A stretch of DNA of 64,000 nucleotides, taken from NCBI GenBank assembly GCA_011109175.1, contig RDEW01000053.1, forward strand, positions 248,001-312,000, given 5' to 3'. The notes beneath the pieces were generated by a model. The model did no database searches. It had not been told where the DNA came from and saw only the letters and a program-made list of their open reading frames with translations. Below, in pieces: positions 13,670 to 26,794 of the stretch. The DNA is from Dicyema japonicum (taxonomy: Eukaryota > Animalia > Dicyemida). The number at the start of each line of letters is the position of its first letter. Position 1 is the first letter of the stretch. The position numbers and the translations under genes were made by a program.

Positions 13670-13880
13670 ATTTAATAATCCCGAAAAGGGAACACCAAGA
13701 AAGAAGGGGTAAACCAACTAATTAAGTGATCCCGGTACACCGAAAAATGTTAGCGTGGCGTCATGTGGTTCACCTTTTATGGTGGCGCTCAATGTCGAAT
13801 TTCACCAAAAAAAACGATTTTCTCTTTTCCATCCAGACTCCTCGTATGCCTGGATGGTACACCTCAACTGGAATTACATT
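13670..13880. repeat. LINE 3' tail (minus strand, 13670-13735) abutting a plus-strand relative of the SINE core (13751-13830)
   Basis: Reverse complement reads GGGATCACTTAATTAGTTGGTTTAC...GTGTTCCC...ATTATTAAATA. It is followed by TTAGCGTGGCGTCATGTGG.TCACC......GGTGGCGCTCA, which matches the SINE internal domain. Confidence 0.65.
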
Positions 13881-13982
13881 TTATGCTCCATTTTAATCGG
13901 CAAAATTAGGATTATTAGTAAATTATTTACTAAAAACATTAAACAGAAATTTTTAATTTAAATTTAAACTAAAGTTCTTTGT

Positions 13983-15915
13983 ATGCCTCATTTTTACGAC
14001 GATATCGACCTCACAGATAAAATCCTCAAAAAGGCTTGGAAGTACAAATTTATATTTAAAACTAAGAAAGCATAAGCATCAAATAAAAGCCAGCGAAACA
14101 ACCGAGCAGAAACGCCTCCGGAGACTCTCAAGAAAGAATTCAAACAAAAATACCGCCAAATGCGGACAAAAGTACCCGTAAACATTGAATTTCAGTCTCA
14201 TGCCCCCCACAGCATGGCCCAACCCTTCGTCTGGCACAAGAAACTTGAAAAGGAGGGAAAACTGCACCTTTCCCGGAAACAACTGGAGAAGGAACAGTCC
14301 GAGAAAATGGTCCACATTGCGGTTTCCGTGGCTTTTTTACTCCTAGAGAGAATTAGAAGAGTACAAAATGGCCAAGGCAGCCCGGAACCGACAGCACACA
14401 GAACGAAACAATACATTTGTAAGTCCGGGACTAACCTTAGGAATTGATCCAACGGAGAAAGACTCAGCCTACAACGTTGAGTGGGCTCAGAGCGACGAGA
14501 GGGTGTGGGACCGTTTAATTTGTAGTTCCAACTCGAGCAGGCCACTCTGAGGATGAAGCTCAGACTGGGGAACAACAGAGGTTTGTCTTTTGGGGGATCC
14601 CAGCCAAGCCTATTGACTTTCTGTGGAATTACGCGACCAGTCTCCACGATGGCTCCTCCTGTGGGGCTGTGAAGCTTAAACACCCTGTGGAATACTTCGA
14701 ATCGGTAGAAAACGAGGACTTGGAGGACCTCCTGTACGACATCCAGGTGATAAAGACTCTGGAGAGTGGTAATAACGCGGAATTTTGGGACGAAATTACT
14801 GTGTTGATTGAGGATCAATACTCCAGGAACCAAAAGGATCCCAATGACGGTAGGTCCCCATTTTTGAGGTCTCCCAGAGGAGAGTCGGTACAGGATGGAC
14901 GGAGGGGTCAGCTCGGAGACCATGGAGAAAGTGGGGTCCCTGATTGATGGGAAGACCGCAGATTGCTTGCGGACGATGCAGAAGTTCGCCTTAGAGAAGT
15001 TGAAGGGAGGCGAGGGAGTTGACATTGGTTTGAAGATTGCTTAGTTTAGGGTTCTGGGAGACCCTGTCGAGGAGATTGAGGGTGGCTATAGCACGTGCTT
15101 CATTGAATGAGAAGCACGAGTTCACCATGGCTAGTCATCCGAGTCTGATCGCGGAGAAGAAAGATTCCGTGATTGAGGTGGAGACTGAGTCCCTTGGGGA
15201 GAGCGAGGAGGAAGATAATGAATGGAAATACTCCCCTGTTTTGTTGGACGATGAAGAATTCGGGACCTGGCAGTGGATGAGGATGATGACGCTTTGAAAT
15301 TGGCGGGAGCGAGGCTGCAGGTTCAGAAAATGACGCAAATGCTGGTTTTCCGTGATTCCGTGAGTGTAGATGGACAAAGAACAAGAGTTTGAGTTAATAG
15401 CACGTGAGGGGATGAACAACGACGAGTCAGTGCTCGACACTCAAATAGATCTTGGGAGTCATAAGGCCCAATGGATGGGTAAGTACAAACCACGGAAGCC
15501 GAGGTTCTTCAACCGTGTTTTGATGGGGTTTGAGTGGAACCGGTACAACCAGACTCACTATGATCCTGATAATCCCCGCCTAAGGTGGTGCAGGGGTACA
15601 AATTTAACGTAAGGGTGAGTGAGGTAATGGTAGATATATTATCCTGATTTGATCGACAAGACCAAGCCCCCTACGTTCACTCTGGTTTAGATGGGCTTTA
15701 TTGGTAGAATACGGTGGAGGATGAGGATTCGTTTATTTTGCGGATTATAGCGGGTCCCCCTTATGAAGTAAGTGAGTTGCTAATGAAAGGATATTGCCTT
15801 TAAGATTGTAGACAGAGATTGGGAGTTGTCGTGGAAGTATGGATATAGATGTCAATTTCAAAATGACATTTTCCAGTTGTGGTTTAATCTGAGGAAAGAG
15901 CGATATCGACGATAA
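13983..15915 (+). CDS. CACTIN: Cactin (spliceosomal C complex protein), ~13 exons, four apparent -1 homopolymer slips
   Basis: ETTEQKRLRRL, PFVWHKKLEKEG, FQLEQATLRMKLRL..RAKPIDFL, DLEDLLYDIQV, GFWETL..RLRVAIARASL, and the C-terminal KYKPRKPRFFNRV..GFEWNRYNQTHYD.DNPPPKVVQGYKFNIYYPDLIDK...AGPPYEDIAFKIV.R.W...RYRR*. Twelve GT-AG introns of about 19-28 nt. Confidence 0.93.
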
Positions 15916-16013
15916 TTATTATTTCTTTTAATGTTTGTAATATTATTATGTTCCTATTTGAGATTTTTGGTTATTTGACTTACTGCTTTGTTTTTGAGGC
16001 GGTATATTTTGCC

Positions 16014-16324
16014 CGCGTGGCACCATGTGCTGCTTCGTGGATAATTGGTTCAAGTTTCTATTTTGTTCGTCTGTTCCTCCTCTCTCTTCCTATTAGAGTG
16101 GCGTCATGTGATCCACCTGTCTAGGTGGCGCCCAGTGCCAGGCACGAAAAAGGATCGTTTGCTTTCCCCCACTCCACTAGAGGGGTTTCCACAACTGCAT
16201 GTAATGGACGTCTTATCTTTTATGCTGATTCCGGATGGACTCTCTGTAGAAGTGTAAACTGGATACACTTAATTAGTTGTTTACTTTAACTTCTTTCTCG
16301 GTGTATCCGGGTTAATAAATAATA
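16014..16324 (+). mobile_element. SINE copy A (~310-325 bp non-autonomous retroelement family)
   Basis: Collinear with copies at 26795 and 28232. Ends in GGATACAC...GTGTATCCGGGTTAATAAATAAT. Confidence 0.85.
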
Positions 16325-16490
16325 GTGGTTAGTGCTGGTTGCTCTGGGTTCTGGTTTCATCAAATCCTAGGAGGCATCTGATGATCTACTTGTCTTAAGA
16401 GACATTCCTGGGCGGTATCCAAGAAGGATCTATCTCTTCCCTACTCCAGTGAAAAGCGGATATGGATGGACGTGATCCTCGTACAGGATN

Positions 16491-17049
16491 AAAAATTCGA
16501 ATTTTTTGATGAGTTAGCAAAATTTTACAAAGTTTCCTAACTAAAAGGCTTCAATAACTCGAAACTTCATAATCCGAATCTGAAGGACATTTATTAAAAA
16601 TTGTTTAAAAAAGCCTGAGGAAATTAACTGTCTTGATTAATTTGCTAATGTAAATATAATGCAAGATCCTGTTTTGAATGAGTACAAAAGAACTGAACTT
16701 GCTAATGAATAAGAAATAACTCGAACAGAAGTGCTCAAGAAAAACGAAATCGTCATTCTTTGTGAATGTCGACGAGAAATCTAGATTGAGAGATTATTTT
16801 TATTTTTTTCTTTTTACTATTAAAAATTTATTAACAATAAAATATTATTTATTAACTATGGGGGAGAGCGGCTGCTGACATAACGGAGTAAGCGTTACCG
16901 CGAACAACTGCGATACCAATTCTTTGCCTCAGCGAGAGATTATTATCTATGAAAACATAAATATCACTACAATTAATTTAATATATTTATTCCTTCACAG
17001 ACCGAAAGTCATCCAAATTTTTTTTGTTCGGATTAATGAGGGTTTACTG
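16491..17049 (+). mobile_element. pogo/Tigger-like non-autonomous element; left part cut at the N at 16490
   Basis: Subterminal TCCGAA-rich sequence shared with 45990-46160 and 54297-54450. Right TIR GTTCGGATTAATGAGGGTTTACTG followed by TA. Same TIR remnant at 26737-26780. Confidence 0.7.
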
Positions 17050-17764
17050 TATTATATCTTTTAGGCTGTAAGCAATTAGCCCAAAAATGTGGTTACAACG
17101 AAAAGTTCTACGAAACTCATAAATTCCCATATCGATAATATTACTTCCCAGAGAACCACTAAATCTTTCTCAACGTCCTTATTATTAGAATTTGTATAAA
17201 CTGTGAGGGTCTATGATTAGTTTCGAACATGTCACATGGGTGGCTTAAAGCCTATGGGCAGATCGTTTTTTTACGTGTTTCCATGGTAACCAGAGATATA
17301 CTACATAATATGACTTTCTTGTAACTCTTATAAGAAATACATTTTATTAATTCATTAATTTTTTAATACATTTAACTAATTCATTACAAAAGAGTAAACA
17401 CTTATATGATTTAATTTAGAATTTTCGTAAAAGAAACACATAAAAATTGGTTATTCTCTGGACTGTGATTCCGAGATGGAAACCCGTGCCAGATCCATCC
17501 ATCTGATCTCACACGGAGGCATCAATAAAATCGAATTTCTCTGCTGTCGGATCTATTTTATAGTAAAGAGTTCTGTAATAATAAAGGTTACGAATGAATG
17601 CGAGGTTTGTAAGTTTTCGTTTCCTCTTAAAGTTATCTTTTTTTCAAATAACTGCTTAGATTGTTGACGAGAACATTCGTGTTTTTGCGTCTGCTCCAAA
17701 TGAGCGTTTTCAGATTGATCTAATCGATAAAGGATATAATATAAATAATAAAACCTTTTCAAGA

Positions 17765-17945
17765 AAGCCATAGTATTTATAGCTCCGCATAGGCAGGACA
17801 CACACTTTATTTAAGTAAAAAACAGTTTAATTTTAACTAATCGTAGAACCAAGGAATGATCTTCACTTCTTTTTTCTTTTTTCTTGTGTGAGTGTCCTTT
17901 CTAGACAATCCAGTTCCGATGACGGGGTCACTCGTCAAACCCTTG
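17765..17945 (+). repeat. Dispersed ~180-bp repeat, unclassified (second copy 51522-51707; weaker copies ~37700-37800 and ~55480)
   Basis: Near-identical AGCCATA..TTTATAGCTCCGCATAGGCAGGACACACACTTTATTT...GTCACTCGTCAAACCCT in both main copies. Confidence 0.8.
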
Positions 17946-18269
17946 ATGCGTGAAACCTTCCACCAGGTGAACAGCAGCGAAATTCTTACCCGTAGCCTAA
18001 GCCACTTAAGCCCGACACCTAACCACTATGCCACCCGGCTACCGCTAGCCGATTCAGAAATAGTTGAAACGTCATTAATTCTTGTCACTGATTCTATAAT
18101 TAAGTCTTAATGTACCGTTCGAATGGCGTCTCATTTTATAGAGTGCATTGTCTCATTTTATTTAACATCGGCCTTGAAAAAGCGAAACTAACGTAGATAT
18201 ATATAACCCGCATAAATGGATCCTATTTGTAATTGATGTATATAGTTGGTAATAAAATTATAAAGAAAA

Positions 18270-19010
18270 AGAAGCAAATCAACATCGTCTGGCTTGTTTG
18301 GTGTCAGCTTCAAGTGGAAAAACTGGAGCATGTCTTAGTGCAATACCTTGGCCAAACCTCGAGACCTTTTTGGACGACGATTCTTTGAGGATTGGAATCA
18401 GACAAAGGCTAGGATTAGACGTTTGCAAGAGCACCGATGCCGATGCGGGAAAACAGTCGATGCCAAGGGATTGCACCCATTGTCCTGCAGAAGAAGCGCC
18501 GGAATGGGACCAGGTCATGCTGCTTTGAACGATGTGATCGTCAGAGCTCTGAAAGCTACAGACTTCCAAGCACAGCTTGAATTAGTGGGTCTTGATCGAG
18601 GAGAAGAAAAGAGACCCTGTTTCCCTTCACGTCTGGAAGATCTATGTTCTGGGACGCAACTTGTGTAGACACGTTCTCAAGCACGAATATTTTCAAATCG
18701 ATTCAGACACCTGGGGCAGCTGTTTCGACTGCGGAGAACCTAAAAATCAAGAAATATTCTTGCCTCGGGGATCGCTATCGATTTACTCCTGTTGCGACCG
18801 AATCATCGGGAGTCGTTGGTCTAATGACGTCTGAGTTCTTGCGAGAACTCGGAGGAATGCTTGCCAGAAAGAAAGGGATCAACGAGAAGTGTAATGGCTA
18901 AGACAAAAGATTCGGAATGCCTATACTCCGAGGAACTTGTTCGCAATCCACGCAGCAGGCATCTTCAACTGACATTTGTTTAATTGTTAAAATTTATTTT
19001 GATTAAAAAA
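18270..19010 (+). mobile_element. CRE-like (RLE-type) non-LTR retrotransposon 3' fragment
   Basis: LDDDSLRIGIR.RLGL, zinc knuckle C-x-CG..D..GLHPLSC...G..H, ALNDVIVRAL, WDATCVDT, RYRFTPVA.ES.G (PD-(D/E)xK nuclease). A-rich 3' end. Confidence 0.85.
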
Positions 19011-19119
19011 AATTTAATAAATTCTTTGTAAAATCTACCAAATTGATATCTTGTTACCATGGAAACACGTAAAAAGCAGGATGCACATTGGCATCAAGCC
19101 AATCTTATAAAAATTGTTT

Positions 19120-19800
19120 TTAACGGGTCCTATGGGTAAGTAAAACATTATACCAGGGTCCTCGATATCTTTAGGTAAAAAAGTCATCTTTTTAAATAAT
19201 CTAAAAATAGATTTTAAGGGTACTTACCACTTACCATGGATGTATGTCTTATATAGATGATCCGGTTCTCATTGAAATGTTCACTGATAACGGCGTCACT
19301 CATAAAGTCGAAGTATATTTATGCATGGAACTTTCAGTAATGAGAGGGGTTTTAGGTCCTTTCTCAACTAGAACAATTAGTTATTGACAGACAATCACAC
19401 ACTCGGACAACTTTCAGACCTGGGCACTCCAAAACATCTCCTGACCTCACATTATGTTCTCCATCACTATCTTCGGCGATATCCTGGAGAATTGTATATG
19501 ACCTACAAACAACGAATTACAAACGTGCGAAATGGGATTCATTCAGAGAAAAAGAAAATTTTTTATCTGAATTTTCCGAAAGAATTTCAAATCGCTTGAC
19601 GCCGCAGTTAAATTTTTTAATGATATCATCCTCAGTGCCGACAAGAAATACATTCCAAGAGGACTCATTGCAGACTATAATCCCAATTTCTCTAAGGACC
19701 CTTTTATAATATTCAACTTACCTATAGGACCCCGTAAATTAATTTTTATTAAATTTAAAAAAGATGACTTTTTTACTTTAAGATGTCGAGGACTTTGTAC
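19120..19800. repeat. Inverted repeat pair (~19157-19220 and ~19730-19792) enclosing a LINE endonuclease-end fragment (19380-19700, +)
   Basis: GTCCTCGATATCTTTAGGTAAAAAAGTCATCTTTTTAAAT versus the reverse complement of ATTTAAAAAAGATGACTTTTTTACTTTAAGATGTCGAGGAC. Inner SPDLTLCS...NYKRAKWDSF motifs. Confidence 0.7.
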
Positions 19801-21849
19801 AATATCTCGTGATGTTTCTTGAACTTCTCCAAAACCTGAAAAAAATTAATTGGAGGCCATTTTGAATGGGAACCATTTTATAATGTGAATTTTTTACTTT
19901 GTTCACAAAAATCACCCTAATATAACAGTCATACAAATATATTCTTATTGTGGTCGAGACAACGAAGGAATAAGTGGATAATCGCTTCGTTTCCTAAAGA
20001 AACTTGGACGCTTAGTTAAACTAAAAAGCACATGAGACCCGCTGGCTTCTTCAGTCGATCTCTGTAGTAATCGTGAGAGGCAACGCAACGTCGATAATAT
20101 CGGCGGAGACCACTTTGGATTGTTGTGTTAATTAATTATTAATTGTTAGTTAGCTATTGTTAGTAAGTCAACTAACTAACATTCACAACAACGAGAAAGT
20201 TAATCAATCGACGTCGCTTCTGCCGCACCCCGGATAAACTTTGCAGTCAGACGTTTACACACTTTTCTTGAGATTGCGATTTTTCGGATGTCGTCTAAGT
20301 CATAAGATTTTCCAGTCATATTTTCCATTTTTAGGTCGTTATTTAAAGTCAGTAGATATTAACAGATATTAACGCAGTCTTCTATTCCTTTAGATACTTA
20401 CCTTGACTGTGACCAAATCTTTGATTGTTCAACTACATATTTTAATTCATCTTACAATATATTTAGTAGCCTGATGGAATCTATTCTATTTGATTGGCAG
20501 GGTTTTCATTGGACTTTTGGTTTCTATTTCTAACGCCTAAAAGTTTTTGTGTACTGTTGAATACAGGTCGAGCAGTATGATGGAATTATCAGAAGCCTTA
20601 TCGAATAAGTTTAACTGTGATTCCAATCAAGCAGACTCACCTGTGGCTCTATCTATTCCAATCTGCACTTCGGGATAGACCGCATACATTAGATGTGCGA
20701 TATGTTATGTACAGTCAACATCTCTCACCAAACCAAATAGTCATAGCAATGTATATATATTTAATATTAAGATTTTTGACTTCTTTGAAAGTTATTGAAC
20801 TACACCATTCCCGATGCATTGTCCTCGTTATAATTTTGCTAAAGTCATTTGGATTATCGTCACATTGTGCTTCCCTCCTGTTCACTATTTATTAATTATT
20901 TTCATCATTAAATTTATTTTAGAAACCAATTGAGAACAGGAGTTAATTATTCCAACATGGAAGTTAGCTCTATGATTGCTTGTATATCTTCACCAAAGAA
21001 TACAAATTTGTTTTTAATCAATAACTCAATTTTGAATAACAAATTAATCAAATAATTTGATAAGTTTTTAAATTATATATGTTGACAGTCCATAACTGGA
21101 GTTGAAAAATATTCAGGTATCATTTATATAGCAAAACTATTAAATATTACAATTTGAATGGGTTTTGAATCTAAAATTGTTACTCGTGATAGTTTTTGAT
21201 AATTTGGAAAATAGATGAAACCATTTAATAATTGCAATAACTGATTTTATAGATATACAAATTAACTAACCTCTTAGCACAATTCTGTGTTTTAACAAGT
21301 TAGCCGATTGTTTCGACACACTCCACAGTGCTAGTGGTATGTACTACAGACGAATCTACAGAAATCGGTCGGATAAATGTGTCTACCAGCACTTGTTATG
21401 TCCTCTTTTCTACATCTTGTTTTCAAAATACTTATATCCAGTCACTACGCTGTCACTTTTTTCATTATGTTAATAATATACATTTTAAATGTAAAAATAT
21501 ACATTTTTAGGCGTCAGAATTAATCGTAGATGTATCACTTAAAGTAAGTCACCAGTTTACAATCTTTGAACAGTTCACTAATAACTAATCTCATAATTAT
21601 TAAAATAAATTTGTTTTATTTTCTTTAAAAAATACGTCATTATAATAAAATCATGATTATTTTAAATAATGCTTCATGTAAAAAATTCAAGTTATTTAAC
21701 GTCCGCGTAGTCGTATGGTCAAACATAATAACAACAGAAGTTGGTAAAATTTATAAATTTGCTATTCTTAAAAAATCCAGTTCACTACGCCATCATTTTT
21801 TCATTATGTTAAAATTTTGTTGATAATTTACATTTTTTATGTTGATGTT

Positions 21850-23040
21850 AGAAACTAATCAGCAAGAGTTTCTATTATGGGATTTTAGCCTTCGCCGACA
21901 AAATTAATATCGTCTGCGTGTATTATTTCTGTTCATTTGACTTTTATTCAGAAGTCTTTTAACCCCATTTTTACAAAAGATCAGAGTCTTCTCGAGGGAT
22001 GCCACAAGATAATTCAAAGTATTGAGATTTCGAGTCACCAATATCCATTCCTTCCAAATGCTAATCCAAAGAGAATATTCTCCATATCTTGCTCTGGGAA
22101 CGAAGTTGAGAATCCTTGAGGCAGGAAAAAACTAATCAGATTTATTATTAATTTGATCAACAGACTAAAATAAATTGTATTATAACAGCATTATTTGCCA
22201 GCATTCTTTTGTGCTCTTTGTAGTCTAGCACGATTTGCATAGGTTTCCGTGAAGCATTTGGGAGTCTTAACATACTTAATACGACCTTGTGATCGCTATT
22301 TGTCAATGTTCTAAAAGGGAGTTCATTAGTAGCCTTTTGAGAGTATGTTTACATATAATATAATCGATTTGGGTAAAAATACCTATTTTCTCTCCTTTTT
22401 ATTTTAGGTCATACATAAGTCTATCAGACAGTTTCCAGGTGAATTGGAAAAACCACTTCCGTAGTTTCAAATGCTGTTTTAACTACTACGTATAATTCCT
22501 GTTTTGGAATTCTATTCTCTTTTACAAAACATAGTCTCCGGAACAGTGCTAAGAGTATATTTCGGATAGAATCGAAAAAAAATCATTAAGCTCATCTATT
22601 GAAATTATCACTCTTCATGTGTGGGGAGAATTCAAATTAGAATTCATGAAGTGAATACTTTGTGTCCATACGATCCTGAAAAATGGAAAACCAAGTTGCA
22701 GTAGGGAGAACTATACACCGACAAGTCTCATTTGTTGTGTGTCAAAGATAACGAAAAATGGTTTTCAACAGATTCTCCATTCATCTCTAGAATGGGAATT
22801 TTTTCTGACAATCAGTGGAGTGACTGGCTATTGTTTTACAATTCTGATAGAAGCTACACTGCCCATAATATTAGGGAATACCTTACTACGTGTCTGAATA
22901 TCTTTAAAATTTTTGATAATGATTGGTGGTATTGTACACATTTTTTACTAGACCAATATTGGTTAAAAGAGTATCTTTTCATGAGAAAGTCGTCAATTCT
23001 TGTTGGAAGTCGAACATCGAAAAAATACCCTTCTGATGTT
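21850..23040 (-). mobile_element. Highly decayed RTE-like LINE
   Basis: TQIDYII...NSDHKVV (APE C-terminal motifs) and IHADDINF (RT YADD-like), with many stops. Confidence 0.55.
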
Positions 23041-23189
23041 CGTTAATTATATTAGTTTTGTCAACGACTCCGTTTTTACTAAATCAGCCATTAAGTCAAC
23101 AAGAATGTAGTCCTATCAAAGTAATCTTTTCAGATTTGAAAAAGTAAATTGTTGTTTTGGTAATTGAAAACACTTTATAATTATAATAA

Positions 23190-23460
23190 CACCAGAGACC
23201 ACAGTTACACAAACTAACTAATCACGTGATTCCAACACGCTCTAGCAGGGGCCTCATCTTGGCCCGATGATCCTCCTTTGACCCCACACAAGCACGTATC
23301 GATCGAGTGACTAGATCTTTGCAGTCACGACGGCACGTTTCATGGTTCATTCGTATCAAAGCTAAAAGAACCATTGGTGGCATGAACTCTCCAGAAATCC
23401 TGCCTTTCGTGATTTTGAAAGCTCATTTAGTTTCTATAAAGTGGAAACACTTTAGTTTCT
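23190..23460 (-). mobile_element. LINE 3'-terminal fragment (related copy at 40230-40470)
   Basis: Collinear ~250-bp similarity to 40240-40470, ending in the shared GATCAC stem-loop tail. Confidence 0.75.
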
Positions 23461-23559
23461 ATAAAGTGATATAATTCGACGTGTAATCAAAATTAAAAAT
23501 TAAACTGATTGGAAAGTAATTAATAATTATTTTATTCCAGCCAGTTTTATTGATGCGGG

Positions 23560-24140
23560 CGTTTTTCTCTGGACCGTTAAGGAGACTAACTGGATAAGCC
23601 ATTACATTTCACAGTCATCGTGACTTATGAGCGAGGCTATATGTCCGAGTTTCTTGAGGAAAATCAGTGACTTACTGTTGATTGATCCAGTTTTTTCTAC
23701 AACAGTCGCGTGGAAAATACATCGGTTGAGGAGTCCTCTATTCCTTTTTTTAGATCTCTTTACTTTCTCTGCAGCGTAGTGCCTTTATCTGTTCTCTCGA
23801 TGATGTTTGTGTAGGAGAGAGAATCGGCAGATGTTGCATCCTAATCTAATGGTTTCCCTCCTCGAACGAAAAATTGTTTCTCCGTCCGGTCGCTTTCAGA
23901 CTCCCTTGCCGAAGTTTATGGGTTCGGGTATGGAGGGGTAACCAACATACACCAGGGCTCGCTTCACAATCATGTTAATCTTGAGAATTTTCCTGCACTT
24001 CTTCAGCAAGAAAGGGCATGGAGTCCATAACAGTCGACAGTACTACCACACTAACATTTGCTAGTCTTGCAAATCTAGTCAAAGTCTGATAAAGATGCCG
24101 TACGAACAGCATCGTCGTCAGGGCTAGTCCTACGAAATAG
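23560..24140 (-). mobile_element. Decayed CRE-like fragment
   Basis: Reverse strand gives LDDDAVR, CGSTVDCYGLH, LNMIVKRAL, KRPDG, EGKPL..DAT remnants. Confidence 0.6.
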
Positions 24141-25705
24141 ACAGAATGCCTACGAAATAGTCTCTCAACGTCAAGATAGTAGAATCTAGAGGAATTTTAG
24201 TCACTGAAAATAAACAGCCAAACGTTTCTCCGTGAAAATCAAATCTTTACAGAACAACTACTCTTCCTTATACTCATTTCTGATCACGATTCGTATCTTT
24301 TCTCCATATCAACTAAATGTATTTTTGCAATGTACTAAACAATGCCAAATATTAAAGTTTTCGATTTCATATCTATTATGGGGCGACCTAAACGGCAAAA
24401 CCGTGAACTACAGATGCTATATAACAAACATTGACGGACTAAAAATAGAAATTCAGCGTGAGAGAGCCGGATTCGAAATCATGACGTCGGAGGAGCAAAC
24501 CACTTCTCTCACCACGGAAGAGATATACTTGGTGTGTTTTTAGTATCACCATCACTATGCACTTACATAGAGAGGCCGAGGAATATGTAGCAGTGATCAT
24601 ATTCTTCAGAAACTAGTTCAACACCTTACTCAGATGTCACGGAAACAGTATTTATGAAATATGACATGTCACGATTTGACTGTGAACACTACCGAATTTA
24701 CCGTACCAAAGAACCTTCAAAGTTGGAAAGAGAATAAGTCACTGATTGAAATTGATAATATGGACCAAAATCTCGAAATCGTCATAGAGAAATATACCAA
24801 GAAGAAATTCTCGAATGTCAGCCCAAAAAAAAGTATCGACATTTCACCCATTACCTTTGGTGAAATTTTTTTTTGCTGCTATGGGAAATACTATATAAAC
24901 CTCATTCCATAATCAGCCAGATCACTCTCGTAGTTTTTTTATGGTGGACTTAACATTAAAACTCCGGCAGAAGCAGTCAGGTAACGAGTAACGCATGTGA
25001 AATAAGATGATTAAAGATCTGGCAAATATTGTGCTGAAATGAATAAAAAGACTTTCTTACAGATCTTTAGAAAAGCAAAGTGGATGTCGAAAAAGGAGAT
25101 CAACAGCCGATGGGGTTTGAAGCCACTGATGGAGGTGTTTACACATCAAAGATACAATAACCCGGGATTGACTTATCAACAGTCTTCGACACTGTCAATA
25201 GACATAAACTTATGGTGGCGACATGAAAAAAGTGGCACCTCAAAATATGAAAGTGCCATAGATGAAACCTCATTGTGAAATGAACTAATTGGAAAATATG
25301 TGGTAATATAGATTATTAAGAGAGAAATCATCAGAGTGACTGTAAATTTATGGAGCATATGTCATTTCTCCATGTGGTACACACGAGAGAGTTAAAAAGT
25401 AAAAAATTGTAATCACTATTTGGTATTATAGAGAGGCGAGATTTTAAGTAGTGTCTCGTATTATAAAAGTTAAGAGAAATTAATTGCTTGCATAAGGATA
25501 ACATGATTAAACTAGACTTAACATTAGTAAATAATTAATATGTTTAAGTTTTATGCACTGTATACCCCGAAAAAACCTACATGGAATATTTGGGATTATT
25601 TGTGCAATTAAGAAAATCAATATTAAACAAAAAATTATTTTTGGTAAAAACTAAACAAAAACAGTAACAAATTTTTAATATGATAAGTATTTTTTCTTGG
25701 CGTTG

Positions 25706-26430
25706 TTATTTCTTTAATTTTACGTTTTGACTCATCGTACTGTTATTATTTCCCTTTCTATTTGAAATAAAGGCATCCACTTTTCTGAGTATTGACATTG
25801 ATCCTTGATTTTGTTCAACAACTTCTTTACACTTTGTTTTACTTGAAATATTTCTCAAATTATTGTTATTTTTAACATTCTTGTATTTCCTTAGTATAAG
25901 TGAATCAGTTTTGTCATTTATTACATTGACCGTTTCTTCTAATTGTTTATTGTGATTTGCTTGATTAATCATTTCCAAAGACATTGATTTATAATTGTTA
26001 TTTGGTAGGTTTCTGCTATTGGAGAAAATTTTAGGTTTTTGAATTGGCAGGAGACTTTTTACATTCGTAATTTTGAGATTAAGTTATCCTTGGTTGTGTG
26101 AGTGGATAAGGATAATGGAATAATTAATCTATTTTTAGTTTTCTTATGGCTGATTTTACTTGTATCTCCTGTAGAGAGCGAGTAAGAAACTAAAATATCG
26201 ATTCCACCTTAAATTTTGATTACTCACATGTAGACAAATAAGACTAATCTCAAGGGGATAGTCATTTGAGTCAAGTACGGTCAATGTAGTACTCCAATCA
26301 CCTTCATTATGCATTACTATTGCCCTTAAATATTTTACAGATCTATTACTGGATTTTACGACGTAGTAATAATCGGTTGTTCTTTGATCCAACCAATAAT
26401 ACGTATATAAAAGTATCACGAGTTTTTAAA
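25706..26430 (-). CDS. Possible unresolved host gene or exons of unknown function
   Basis: Two open frames (92 and 87 aa) with candidate short GT-AG intervals. No consistent splice path or motif found. Confidence 0.2.
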
Positions 26431-26794
26431 ATTTGCATAATTATTCCTTGGTTGCGGGAACTGGGATCACTAGTTGATTTTACTTTTGTCTTTCTTTCTC
26501 GATGATCCCGGGGTTAATAAATAAATAAATTATATACGCGTTTTCATGAATGAAGTCGTATTATATTGCATATAAACATCACATGAAATTGTTAAAGCTC
26601 ATTCTCGAAGAAAAGTTAGTGAAATGTTTTAAGAGTTCAAGAAAATGGAACATTCTGCTTCCTTAACGCTGAAAAGTATCCCTGACTTTTTTGTCCAATC
26701 TGTTTTTAGCTTCACTTTTAAATAGAAATACAAATACAGTAAACCCTCATTAATCCGAACACAAAAATTTGGATGGCTTTCTGATTGTGAAGGG

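Noticed and set aside
14198-15025. 275-aa minus-strand ORF (also 9312-9779 + and 6872-7156 -)
   Set aside because: Antisense shadows of Cactin, the MCT transporter and ARPC2; no recognisable motifs of their own.
16330-16500. Abrupt sequence switch at the N (16490)
   Set aside because: Probably a scaffold or gap artefact, so adjacency across it was not interpreted.
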